Positions 27,544-35,185 of a stretch of DNA of 35,185 nucleotides are shown piece by piece. Under the pieces are notes generated by a model, which saw only the letters and a program-made list of their open reading frames with translations, had not been told where the DNA came from and ran no database searches. Positions within the stretch are counted from its first letter, which is position 1; each line of letters opens with the position of its first letter. Position numbers and translations under genes: made by a program. Source of the DNA: Propionivibrio sp. (GTDB lineage: Bacteria > Pseudomonadota > Gammaproteobacteria > Burkholderiales > Rhodocyclaceae); NCBI GenBank assembly GCA_017990155.1, contig JAGNOM010000001.1, forward strand, positions 1 to 35,185. The letters are read 5' to 3'.

Positions 27544-30300
27544 ATGCCAACCCTGCTGCTGGTCGACGGATCGTCGTATCTCTACCGCGCGTTTCACGCC
27601 ATGCCGGACCTGCGCAACTCGCAGGGTGAGCCTACAGGCGCGATCTACGGTGTGCTGAACATGCTACGCCGCCTGGATAGTGACTACAAGGCGGCGGACG
27701 TGGCCTACAAGGCCTGCGTTTTCGACGCCAAGGGCAAGACCTTTCGCGACGACTGGTATCCCGAATACAAGGCCAACCGGCCGTCGATGCCGGACGATCT
27801 GCGCCTGCAGATCGAGCCGATCCACGCCGGTGTCGCCGCCTGCGGCTGGCCGATCCTGATGGTCGACGGCGTCGAGGCCGACGACGTGATCGGCACGCTG
27901 GCCCGGCAGGCCGCCGCGCAAGGCATCGACGTAGTGATCTCGACCGGCGACAAGGATCTCGCGCAACTTGTCGCCCCGCACATCACGCTGGTCAACACCA
28001 TGAGCAACGAGAAGCTCGATGAAGCCGGCGTGCTGGCCAAGTTCGGCGTACCGCCGGGACGCATCGTCGATTACCTGACGCTGGTGGGCGACGCGGTCGA
28101 CAACGTCCCCGGCGTCGCCAAGGTCGGGCCAAAAACGGCCGTCAAATGGCTGGCGCAGTACGACTCGCTCGACGGCGTCATCGCGGCGGCCGCGGACATC
28201 GGCGGCGTGGTCGGCGAGAACCTGCGCCAGGCGCTCGACTTCCTGCCGCTCGGACGCCGGCTCGTCACCGTGCGCTGCGACCTCGAACTGCCACAGACCA
28301 TTGCCGAACTCGCGCCGCACGCGATGGAGCGCGAACGCCTGGTCGAGCTGTTTACGCGCTACGAGATGAAGTCGTGGCTGAAGGAGGTGCAAGGCGAACC
28401 CGCTCCCGACGAGGCGCCAACGGCTGCAAGTCAGGCCGCGCCTTTGCCGATGCCGGACCTGCTCGCCGACGACGGTGCCCATCGCGCCGGTTACGAGACA
28501 ATCCTCGACTGGGCGACCTTCGACCGCTGGCTGGCGAAGATCGAAGCCACGCCGCTCACCGCCATCGACACCGAAACGACCAGCCTTGATCCCTTTGCGG
28601 CGCGCATTGTCGGCATCTCGTTCGCCGTTGCTCCCGGCGAGGCGGCCTATCTGCCGCTCGCCCATGACTACGCGGGCGCACCGGCACAATTACCCTGCGA
28701 TCAAGCGTTGACGCGGCTCAAGCCCTGGCTGGAATCGCCGCTGCACGCCAAGATCGGGCAAAACCTCAAGTACGACGAGCACGTGTTCGCCAATCACGGC
28801 ATCGCGCTGGCCGGCGTCGCGCACGACACGCTGCTGCAATCCTACGTGCTCGAATCAGGCAAGGAAGGCGTGCGCGGCCACGACCTCGGCCAACTCGCGC
28901 TGCGCCATCTCGGGATGCAGACGATTCCGTTTGAAGCGCTGTGCGGCAAGGGCGCGAGCCAGATCGGCTTCAATCAGGTTGCGGTCGATCAGGCCGCCGA
29001 ATACGGCGCCGAGGATTCCGATCTCTGCCTGCGTCTGCACGAGCGGCTGTACCCGCAGATCACCGCGAATGAGGGATTGACGCGGGTCTACAGCGATATC
29101 GAGATCCCGTCGCGCGAGATCCTGTTTCGCATGGAGCGCAATGGCGTGCTCATCGATTCCGATCTTCTAGCGCAACAGAGCAACGAACTCGGCAAGCGAT
29201 TGCTCGAGCTTGAAGCCCTTTGTCACGAAGCGGCCGGACAGCCGTTCAACGTCAACTCGCCGAAGCAGCTCGCCGAAATCCTGTTCACCAAGCTCGGCCT
29301 GCCAGTGAAAAAGAAGACGCCGTCCGGTACGCCGTCCACTGACGAGGAGGTACTGTCGGAACTCGCGCTCGATTACCCGTTGCCGAAATTGTTGCTGGAA
29401 TCGCGCCAGCTCGCCAAGCTGAAAGGCACCTACACCGACAAGCTGCCGAAGATGGTCAATGCGCAGACCGGGCGCGTGCATACCAGCTACGCGCAGGCCG
29501 TGGCGGTGACCGGACGCCTCGCCTCCAGTGACCCCAACCTGCAGAACATCCCGGTACGTACCGCCGAAGGACGGCGTATCCGTGCCGCCTTCATCGCGCC
29601 GCAAGGCAGCCATATCGTTTCTGCCGACTACTCGCAAATCGAGTTACGCATCATGGCGCACCTTTCCGAAGACGCACGTCTGCTCGAAGCCTTCGCGCAG
29701 GGCGAAGACGTGCATCGCGCCACCGCCGCCGAAATCTTCGGCGTCACGCCGATTGAAGTCGGCGCCGACCAGCGCCGCGTCGCCAAGGTCATCAATTTCG
29801 GCTTGATCTACGGCATGAGCGCCTTCGGCCTCGCGCGCCAGCTCGACCTCGAACGCAGCGCGGCGCAGGCGTACATCGAACGCTACTTCACGCGCTATCC
29901 CGGCGTCGCCAAGTACATGGAAAGCACGCGCAACATGGCCAAGATGAACGGCTACGTCGAGACCGTGTTCGGCCGTCGCCTGTGGCTGCCGGAGATCCGC
30001 GCCGCGCAGGTCGGGCGTCGCCAGGGCGCCGAACGCGCGGCGATCAACGCACCGATGCAAGGGACAGCCGCCGATCTGATCAAACTGGCGATGATCGCCG
30101 TGCAAGGCTGGCTCGACCGGGAACAACTGCAGTCACGCCTGATCATGCAAGTGCACGACGAATTGGTGCTCGAAGTGCCGGACACCGAGCTGTCGCGCGT
30201 GCGTATCGAACTGCCGCCGTTGATGACGCAAGTCGCCAAGCTGCGCGTGCCGCTCGCGGTCGAAGTCGGCGTCGGCGCCAACTGGGACCAGGCGCACTAA
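27544..30300 (+). CDS. polA: DNA polymerase I
   Basis: 5'-3' exonuclease (LVDGSSYLYRAFHA, EADD), 3'-5' exonuclease (DTETT) and polymerase motifs ADYSQIELR, AKVINFGLIYG and QVHDEL. Confidence 0.98.
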   Translation: MPTLLLVDGSSYLYRAFHAMPDLRNSQGEPTGAIYGVLNMLRRLDSDYKAADVAYKACVFDAKGKTFRDDWYPEYKANRPSMPDDLRLQIEPIHAGVAACGWPILMVDGVEADDVIGTLARQAAAQGIDVVISTGDKDLAQLVAPHITLVNTMSNEKLDEAGVLAKFGVPPGRIVDYLTLVGDAVDNVPGVAKVGPKTAVKWLAQYDSLDGVIAAAADIGGVVGENLRQALDFLPLGRRLVTVRCDLELPQTIAELAPHAMERERLVELFTRYEMKSWLKEVQGEPAPDEAPTAASQAAPLPMPDLLADDGAHRAGYETILDWATFDRWLAKIEATPLTAIDTETTSLDPFAARIVGISFAVAPGEAAYLPLAHDYAGAPAQLPCDQALTRLKPWLESPLHAKIGQNLKYDEHVFANHGIALAGVAHDTLLQSYVLESGKEGVRGHDLGQLALRHLGMQTIPFEALCGKGASQIGFNQVAVDQAAEYGAEDSDLCLRLHERLYPQITANEGLTRVYSDIEIPSREILFRMERNGVLIDSDLLAQQSNELGKRLLELEALCHEAAGQPFNVNSPKQLAEILFTKLGLPVKKKTPSGTPSTDEEVLSELALDYPLPKLLLESRQLAKLKGTYTDKLPKMVNAQTGRVHTSYAQAVAVTGRLASSDPNLQNIPVRTAEGRRIRAAFIAPQGSHIVSADYSQIELRIMAHLSEDARLLEAFAQGEDVHRATAAEIFGVTPIEVGADQRRVAKVINFGLIYGMSAFGLARQLDLERSAAQAYIERYFTRYPGVAKYMESTRNMAKMNGYVETVFGRRLWLPEIRAAQVGRRQGAERAAINAPMQGTAADLIKLAMIAVQGWLDREQLQSRLIMQVHDELVLEVPDTELSRVRIELPPLMTQVAKLRVPLAVEVGVGANWDQAH

Positions 30301-30312
30301 ACAGGCGCGCCG

Positions 30313-30969
30313 TTAAAGCTTCCAGCTCAGGACCGGCCAGCCGCGTGCCTCGGCTTCCGCCGCGAGACGGGCATCCGGATTGACCACCTGCGGATGCCCG
30401 ACCGCCGCCAGCAAGGGCAAGTCGTTGATTGAATCCGAGTAGAAATGGCGATCCTCGGCCGGCGTCCCCCAGTCCTCGCGTGCGAGGAAAGTTTCAAGGC
30501 AGTCGATCTTCCGTTCGCGATAGCAGATCGTGCTCTCAATCACGCCGACGACGCGATCGTCGCGCAGTCGCGGACACGGCGCAATCACCGGCATTTTGAA
30601 CAAGTCGCCGATCCCCGCAGACAGGAAGTGATGCGTCGCAGTAATGATCGCGGTGTGATCGCCACGCACGCGATGTTCCTTGACGACGGCAATCGCCGCT
30701 TCCGGCAGCCGTGGCCGGATCTGCTCGGCAATGAACGCATCGCGTATCGGCAGCCACTCATCAAGTGTCTTGTCGCGCAGGAAGCTCAGGTGGAACTCGA
30801 GATACTCGGCGATATCGAGCGTTTCGGCCGCGTACTGCGCCAGATAGCCGGCCTGCGTCGTCAGACAGGCGGCGTCGAGCAGGCCGTGATCGATCAGGTA
30901 GTGCATCCAGAGCGAGTTGGAGTCGCCGTCAAGCAGCGTGTGGTCGAGGTCAAAAAGCGCGAGAGCCAT
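30313..30969 (-). CDS. HAD-IB family phosphatase (histidinol-phosphatase/SerB-like)
   Basis: LALFDLDHTLLDGDS, IITAT and FYSDSINDLPLL..V..P.VVNPD. Confidence 0.9.
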   Translation of the reverse strand: MALALFDLDHTLLDGDSNSLWMHYLIDHGLLDAACLTTQAGYLAQYAAETLDIAEYLEFHLSFLRDKTLDEWLPIRDAFIAEQIRPRLPEAAIAVVKEHRVRGDHTAIITATHHFLSAGIGDLFKMPVIAPCPRLRDDRVVGVIESTICYRERKIDCLETFLAREDWGTPAEDRHFYSDSINDLPLLAAVGHPQVVNPDARLAAEAEARGWPVLSWKL

Positions 30970-31068
30970 GAGCGATACCGGAAAAATTGGAAGCGGCGCG
31001 AGTATACCGGACGCCTTTCGGCGCCGACGTGCAACAATTCGCTGACAACCCCATCGACTGGAGAAGCC

Positions 31069-31494
31069 ATGAAACAGACGATCAGCTTTGTCACCCTCGG
31101 CGTCAGCGATCTCGCGCGCAGCCGCAAGTTCTACGCCGCGCTCGGCTGGAAGGAATTATCCGGCAGCAGCGCCGATGTTGCCTTCTTTCACGCCGGAACA
31201 GTCGCCGTCTCCCTGTTCCCGCGTGAAGCACTGGCCGAGGACGCCAAGGTCGCGCCGCAGGGTAACGGCTTCCCGGGTTTCACACTCGCCCATAACGTCG
31301 AGTCCGAAGCCGCCGTGGTGAGCACGCTCGCCGAAGCCGTCGCCGCCGGAGCTACGCTCATGCGCCCCGCAGACAAGGCGTTCTGGGGCGGCTTCCGCGG
31401 CTATTTCGCCGACCCGGACGGCTTCCTCTGGGAAGTCTGCTGGAACCCATTTTTCCCGCTCGACTCGGAGGGACATGTCCAGTTGCCCGAATAA
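31069..31494 (+). CDS. VOC/glyoxalase family protein
   Basis: VTLGVSDL.RS.KFY..LGW, TLAHNV and FWGG..GYFADPDG.LWEV.WNP. RBS GGAG. Confidence 0.9.
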   Translation: MKQTISFVTLGVSDLARSRKFYAALGWKELSGSSADVAFFHAGTVAVSLFPREALAEDAKVAPQGNGFPGFTLAHNVESEAAVVSTLAEAVAAGATLMRPADKAFWGGFRGYFADPDGFLWEVCWNPFFPLDSEGHVQLPE

Positions 31495-32146
31495 GCTCGC
31501 GGCAGCATTCATCTGCCTCGTTTCCGCCACGCCGGCCACGGCCGATGAATGCGATCAGCTCGCGCCACCGTCGGTCACGCTGCGCCGGCTCCCGGAACGA
31601 CTGAGCATCAACACCCGCCATGACCACCGGGAAATTACACATCTGGCCGCCGAACTGGCACGACCCGGCACGCGCGTCCTCGGCCTCACCCGAGGTACCG
31701 CGACGGTCCGGATGGAAGTCCGCTCACCGTCCTACGTCGACCGCTCCGGCCGCTGGGAATGCACCAGCCCGCAAATCGTCGTCACTTACGGTTACGACCC
31801 GATGACCGTCTATATCGCCCGGGAATTTCCGGAACGAAGCTGCGCCTACAACGAGATTTTCGAACACGAACTTCGCCACGTAAGAACGTATCAGGAACAT
31901 CTCGTGGCGATCGAGAAGGATCTGACCGAAACGCTCCGGCGACGCTTTGCCACCGGCACCCCCTGGCGCGGCCCGGTCGGCAACACGCAAGCGATCTTGC
32001 AACGCGAAATCGATGATCGCTGGCTTCCGTACATCAAACGTGAAATCGGAAAGGTCGAGGTCGCCCAGGCGCGGGTCGATACCCCGGACGAGTACGAGCG
32101 CGTTTCGAAGAGCTGCAACGGCGAAATCCAGAGACGAATCAAATGA
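31475..32146 (+). CDS. Secreted hypothetical protein with HExxH motif (DUF922-like zincin)
   Basis: Signal peptide (AAFICLVSATPATA), LGLT, C...I....GY....VYIAREF...SCAY..IFEHELRH, and several Cys residues in the mature part. Confidence 0.65.
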   Translation: MSSCPNKLAAAFICLVSATPATADECDQLAPPSVTLRRLPERLSINTRHDHREITHLAAELARPGTRVLGLTRGTATVRMEVRSPSYVDRSGRWECTSPQIVVTYGYDPMTVYIAREFPERSCAYNEIFEHELRHVRTYQEHLVAIEKDLTETLRRRFATGTPWRGPVGNTQAILQREIDDRWLPYIKREIGKVEVAQARVDTPDEYERVSKSCNGEIQRRIK

Positions 32147-32181
32147 CGCCGCACCCGGCAGTGACAATTATTCGCCGGACA

Positions 32182-32245
32182 TTACAGTTCGTTACGCAAC
32201 GGCTGAACAAGGCCAACAGACATCACCGATCCGAAAAGTCACAAT
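32182..32245 (+). promoter_or_regulatory. Promoter of RNA unit 1 with upstream direct-repeat activator box
   Basis: TTACAGTTCGTTACGCAA (32182-32199), CAGACA (32217-32222), N17, CACAAT (32240-32245). The same layout recurs at 34988-35051. Confidence 0.65.
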
Positions 32246-32249
32246 GCAC

Positions 32250-32349
32250 TCGTTGCTTCAGCGCCCCCCGCTGACAATGTTTGACCCTCCCTGACCCATC
32301 GCAACGATGGGATCTTTAATCCCGTGCCAGACCGGCGCGGGATTTTTTT
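32250..32349 (+). ncRNA. Putative structured small RNA or leader RNA, copy 1
   Basis: 63 nt identical to 35056-35118. Hairpins TCAGCG-CCCCC-CGCTGA and CCCATCG-CAA-CGATGGG flank single-stranded TGTTTGACCCTCCCTGA. Ends in an intrinsic terminator. Confidence 0.7.
32318..32349 (+). terminator. Intrinsic terminator of RNA unit 1
   Basis: AATCCCGTGCC-AGACC-GGCGCGGGATT followed by a T tract. Confidence 0.8.
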
Positions 32350-32417
32350 CGCCTGATGCAAAGTCCTCGATTTTTGCGCTACCCTTGCGGCCCTTTCCGT
32401 CTCAAGGTCCAAACGCC

Positions 32418-32759
32418 ATGTCCTCTGTACCCGCCTGCCCACAATGCACTCTGGAAAATACCTATCCTGACGGCAGCAGCTATGTCTGCGCCGACTGCGG
32501 CTTCGAGTGGCCGATCGCCGGCAATGCCGAACATGAAGAGGATTCGGAAAAAGCAGTCAAGGATGCCAATGGCAATGTGCTCGCCGACGGCGACGCGGTC
32601 GTGCTGATCAAGGATCTGAAGGTCAAGGGCTCGTCCATCACGCTCAAGATGGGGACCAAGGTCAAGAGCATCCGCCTGGCGGGCGGCGACCACGAAGTCG
32701 ACTGCAAGATGGACGCCGGCAGCTTCATGCTGAAGGCGTGCTTTCTGAAGAAGGTCTGA
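32418..32759 (+). CDS. yjdM: YjdM/PhnA-family zinc-ribbon protein
   Basis: PACPQC..ENTY.DG..YVC.DC..EW and KDANGN.L.DGD.V.LIKDLKVKGSS..LK.GTKVKSIRL...DH...CK. Confidence 0.92.
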   Translation: MSSVPACPQCTLENTYPDGSSYVCADCGFEWPIAGNAEHEEDSEKAVKDANGNVLADGDAVVLIKDLKVKGSSITLKMGTKVKSIRLAGGDHEVDCKMDAGSFMLKACFLKKV

Positions 32760-32853
32760 CCCAAACCGGTGGAAATCACGGGCGGATTCGTTCGCGAACC
32801 GGCGACTATGCTATACATACGCCCATAATTTCACGGGAGGTTGGAGAACAATC

Positions 32854-33540
32854 ATGAGCACACAAGGCAGCCCCATCGCATACGGCACGGAAGATTTGTT
32901 GATCAGCCTGTGCAATTCGGTAACCAAGACGCTGACCGCTGCGACGCGCAGCCAGATTCATTACTCGGGCATGGTCCAGCGCATCACCAAGACCTGCCTG
33001 AAACCCGATATCGGCTGTTTCGTCCTGTTCGACGGCGGCTTCTCCGGCCTCGTCGTCATCAACTTTGCCGCGAAGACGGCGATGGAGCTCTACGAGAGCT
33101 ATATGCTCAATATGGGCATGCCGAAGGAAGGGCTGGCCAGTTCGCACACGTCGGATGAAGTCAGCAACGCCATGGGCGAGTTGATGAACCAGATCATCGG
33201 CGACTTCACCAGCAAGGTGCAGCGCGAACTACACACCCATATCACGCAGAACCAGCCCAAGATGCTGGTCCTCAACAAGCAGGTGCAGTTGAGCGTCGAC
33301 ACCAACCTCGACAACCCCGAGGCACGGCGGGTGACCTTCTACACCGGGCGCGACAACATCTTCTACCTGGAACTGGCGATCGACCGCACCGAGTTCATCA
33401 AGCTGTATGACTTCGAGCCGCACGAAGTCCCCAATCCCGATGATCTGATCGCGCAGGCGAACAACGGACCGGCGACCGCTTCGACGCAAACCGCAAAGCC
33501 CAACGACCACGACGACCTTCTCGCATCGTTGGGCATGTAA
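32854..33540 (+). CDS. DUF3334-like protein (possible CheC/CheX-like fold)
   Basis: LCNSV..TL..AT, MVQRITKTCLKPDIGCFVLFDGGFSGLV..NF and MGELMNQ..GDF (ExxN motif). RBS GGAG. Confidence 0.75.
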   Translation: MSTQGSPIAYGTEDLLISLCNSVTKTLTAATRSQIHYSGMVQRITKTCLKPDIGCFVLFDGGFSGLVVINFAAKTAMELYESYMLNMGMPKEGLASSHTSDEVSNAMGELMNQIIGDFTSKVQRELHTHITQNQPKMLVLNKQVQLSVDTNLDNPEARRVTFYTGRDNIFYLELAIDRTEFIKLYDFEPHEVPNPDDLIAQANNGPATASTQTAKPNDHDDLLASLGM

Positions 33541-33591
33541 GTAGCGCCCCTCTGAGGCACTTTCCGACCAATATCAAGCGAAGTCGCAGCT

Positions 33592-34974
33592 ATGGCCCAC
33601 CAAGTCGTCGATACCCAGGTTTCACCAACCGGCCGCATGGAAGTTTTGTCCCGCGCCGAAGCCACCAGCCTTCTTGATCGCGGCCACGGCGGCCTGCACG
33701 AGCTGCTCCGCAACTGTTCCCTCGCCGTTCTGAATTGCGGCAACGAGACCGACGACGGCAAGGAACTGCTCGAACGCTACAAGTCGTTCGACATCCGCCT
33801 GATCAACCGCGAGCGCGGCATCAAGCTCGACATCACCGGCGCCCCCGCCAGCGCCTTCGTCGACGGCAAGATGATCGCCGGAATCCAGGAGCACCTCTTC
33901 TCGGTATTGCGCGACGTCGTCTACCTGGGTGACGAGATTCGCGGCAACCCGAAGTTCGATCAGTCGACGCCGGAAGGCGTCACCGACACGGTTTTCCACA
34001 TTCTGCGCAACGCCGGCATCCTGCGCCCGCTGCCCAATCCAAACCTGATCGTGTGCTGGGGCGGACACTCGATCAGCCGCGAGGAGTACGACTACACGAA
34101 GCTCGTCGGCTACCAGCTCGGCTTGCGCGGCATGGATATCTGCACCGGTTGCGGTCCGGGCGCCATGAAAGGCCCGATGAAAGGCGCCGCGATCGGCCAT
34201 GCCAAGCAACGCACCGGCGGCCGCTATCTCGGCTTCACCGAGCCGGGCATCATCGCCGCCGAAGCACCGAATCCGATCTGCAACGAACTCGTCATCTTCC
34301 CCGACATCGAGAAGCGACTCGAAGCCTTCGTCCGTACCAGCCACGGCATCGTCGTCTTTCCCGGCGGCGTCGGAACGGCGGAAGAAATCCTCTACCTGCT
34401 CGGCATCCTGCTGCACCCGGACAACGCCGACATTCCCTTCCCCCTGGTGTTCACCGGGCCGAAGAGTTCCGAAGCCTACTTTCAGCGGATCGACCAGTTC
34501 ATCGGCGAAACCCTGGGCGCCGAAGCACAACGGCACTACAAGATCATCATCGACAATCCGGACCGGGTCGCACGCGAACTCAAGCACGGCCTGCAACTCG
34601 TACGCGATTTCCGGAAAATCGGGCATGACGCCTACAACTTCAACTGGCTACTCAAGGTCGAAAGCGATTTCCAGAAGCCTTTCGTCCCGAACCACAAGAA
34701 CATGCGCAGCCTGAAGCTGCACCAGGATCAACCAAGCCATTCGCTGGCCGCGAACCTGCGGCGAGCGTTCTCTGGCATGGTCGCCGGCAACGTCAAGGCC
34801 GAAGGCATCCGCGAAATCGAGAAACACGGGCGCTTCGAAATCTGCGGGGAGCCGGCGATCATGGGACCGATCGACGCGCTGCTCAGATCCTTCGTCGACC
34901 AGCAGCGAATGAAGCTCCCGGGCCGCGAATACGACCCGTGCTATCGCATCGTTCACGACGACACTGCCGCCTGA
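33592..34974 (+). CDS. ppnN: Pyrimidine/purine nucleotide 5'-monophosphate nucleosidase (YgdH)
   Basis: LRNCSLAVLN.G, VCWGGHSI, ICTGCGPGAMKGPMKGA.IGHAKQR, PDIEKRLEAFVR, FPGGVGTAEE and LRRAFSG.VAGNVK. Confidence 0.95.
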   Translation: MAHQVVDTQVSPTGRMEVLSRAEATSLLDRGHGGLHELLRNCSLAVLNCGNETDDGKELLERYKSFDIRLINRERGIKLDITGAPASAFVDGKMIAGIQEHLFSVLRDVVYLGDEIRGNPKFDQSTPEGVTDTVFHILRNAGILRPLPNPNLIVCWGGHSISREEYDYTKLVGYQLGLRGMDICTGCGPGAMKGPMKGAAIGHAKQRTGGRYLGFTEPGIIAAEAPNPICNELVIFPDIEKRLEAFVRTSHGIVVFPGGVGTAEEILYLLGILLHPDNADIPFPLVFTGPKSSEAYFQRIDQFIGETLGAEAQRHYKIIIDNPDRVARELKHGLQLVRDFRKIGHDAYNFNWLLKVESDFQKPFVPNHKNMRSLKLHQDQPSHSLAANLRRAFSGMVAGNVKAEGIREIEKHGRFEICGEPAIMGPIDALLRSFVDQQRMKLPGREYDPCYRIVHDDTAA

Positions 34975-34987
34975 CGGCCTGCGCCGC

Positions 34988-35051
34988 TTACAGATCGTTA
35001 CGCAAACACTGCATTCGGACGACAGACCCCCGGCGTCGAGATTCATAGAAT
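34988..35051 (+). promoter_or_regulatory. Promoter of RNA unit 2 with upstream direct-repeat activator box
   Basis: TTACAGATCGTTACGCAA (34988-35005), CAGACC (35023-35028), N17, TAGAAT (35046-35051). Confidence 0.7.
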
Positions 35052-35055
35052 GGTT

Positions 35056-35158
35056 TCGTTGCTTCAGCGCCCCCCGCTGACAATGTTTGACCCTCCCTGA
35101 CCCATCGCAACGATGGGACATTCGATCCCGCGCCGGACTGGCGTGGGATCCTTTTTTT
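35056..35158 (+). ncRNA. Putative structured small RNA or leader RNA, copy 2
   Basis: 63 nt identical to 32250-32312, followed by a diverged but structurally conserved terminator. Confidence 0.7.
35124..35158 (+). terminator. Intrinsic terminator of RNA unit 2
   Basis: GATCCCGCGCC-GGACT-GGCGTGGGATC-C followed by T7. Confidence 0.8.
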
Positions 35159-35185
35159 GTTTGGTCAGAACGAAGGAGACAGCCA

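Noticed and set aside
32250-35118. 63-bp direct repeats as attL/attR or transposon ends
   Set aside because: No recombinase or transposase between or beside them. Each copy has its own promoter and terminator, which fits RNA genes better.

Overview
High-GC betaproteobacterial chromosomal window. Gene content and order look Rhodocyclales-like; this is inference, not a database result. It is mostly housekeeping and nutrient-acquisition genes. Left to right: a REP/REPIN cluster; a BenE-family transporter with a divergent XRE-cupin regulator and two palindromic operators; a compact molybdenum-cofactor operon (moaA-moaC-moaD-moaE-mobB-mobA-moeA-mog); purT; tRNA-Gly(CCC); a sigma54-driven aspA plus dicarboxylate/amino-acid symporter operon with a DctB/DctD (AauS/AauR-like) two-component system; a putative Pho-regulated divergon (rubredoxin-phoX versus porin plus a tandem PilJ/NarX-like protein); a PilZ protein; the nadD-rsfS-rlmH-maf operon with two BPSS1780-like paralogs, a DUF2782-like gene and a LOG gene; polA; HAD, VOC and HExxH genes; and yjdM, a DUF3334-like gene and ppnN. 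No transposase, integrase, cas gene or CRISPR array is present. The strongest unexplained signals are non-coding. (1) Two paralogous ~100-nt structured RNA units at 32250 and 35056 share 63 identical nt, an identically spaced promoter with an upstream TTACA-N5-TTACG box, a co-varying terminator, and an anti-Shine-Dalgarno seed that matches the RBS of the symporter in this window. (2) A solitary type I-C-like CRISPR repeat sits in a three-hairpin element between nadD and rsfS. (3) A rubredoxin gene appears to be co-transcribed with phoX behind a Pho box.
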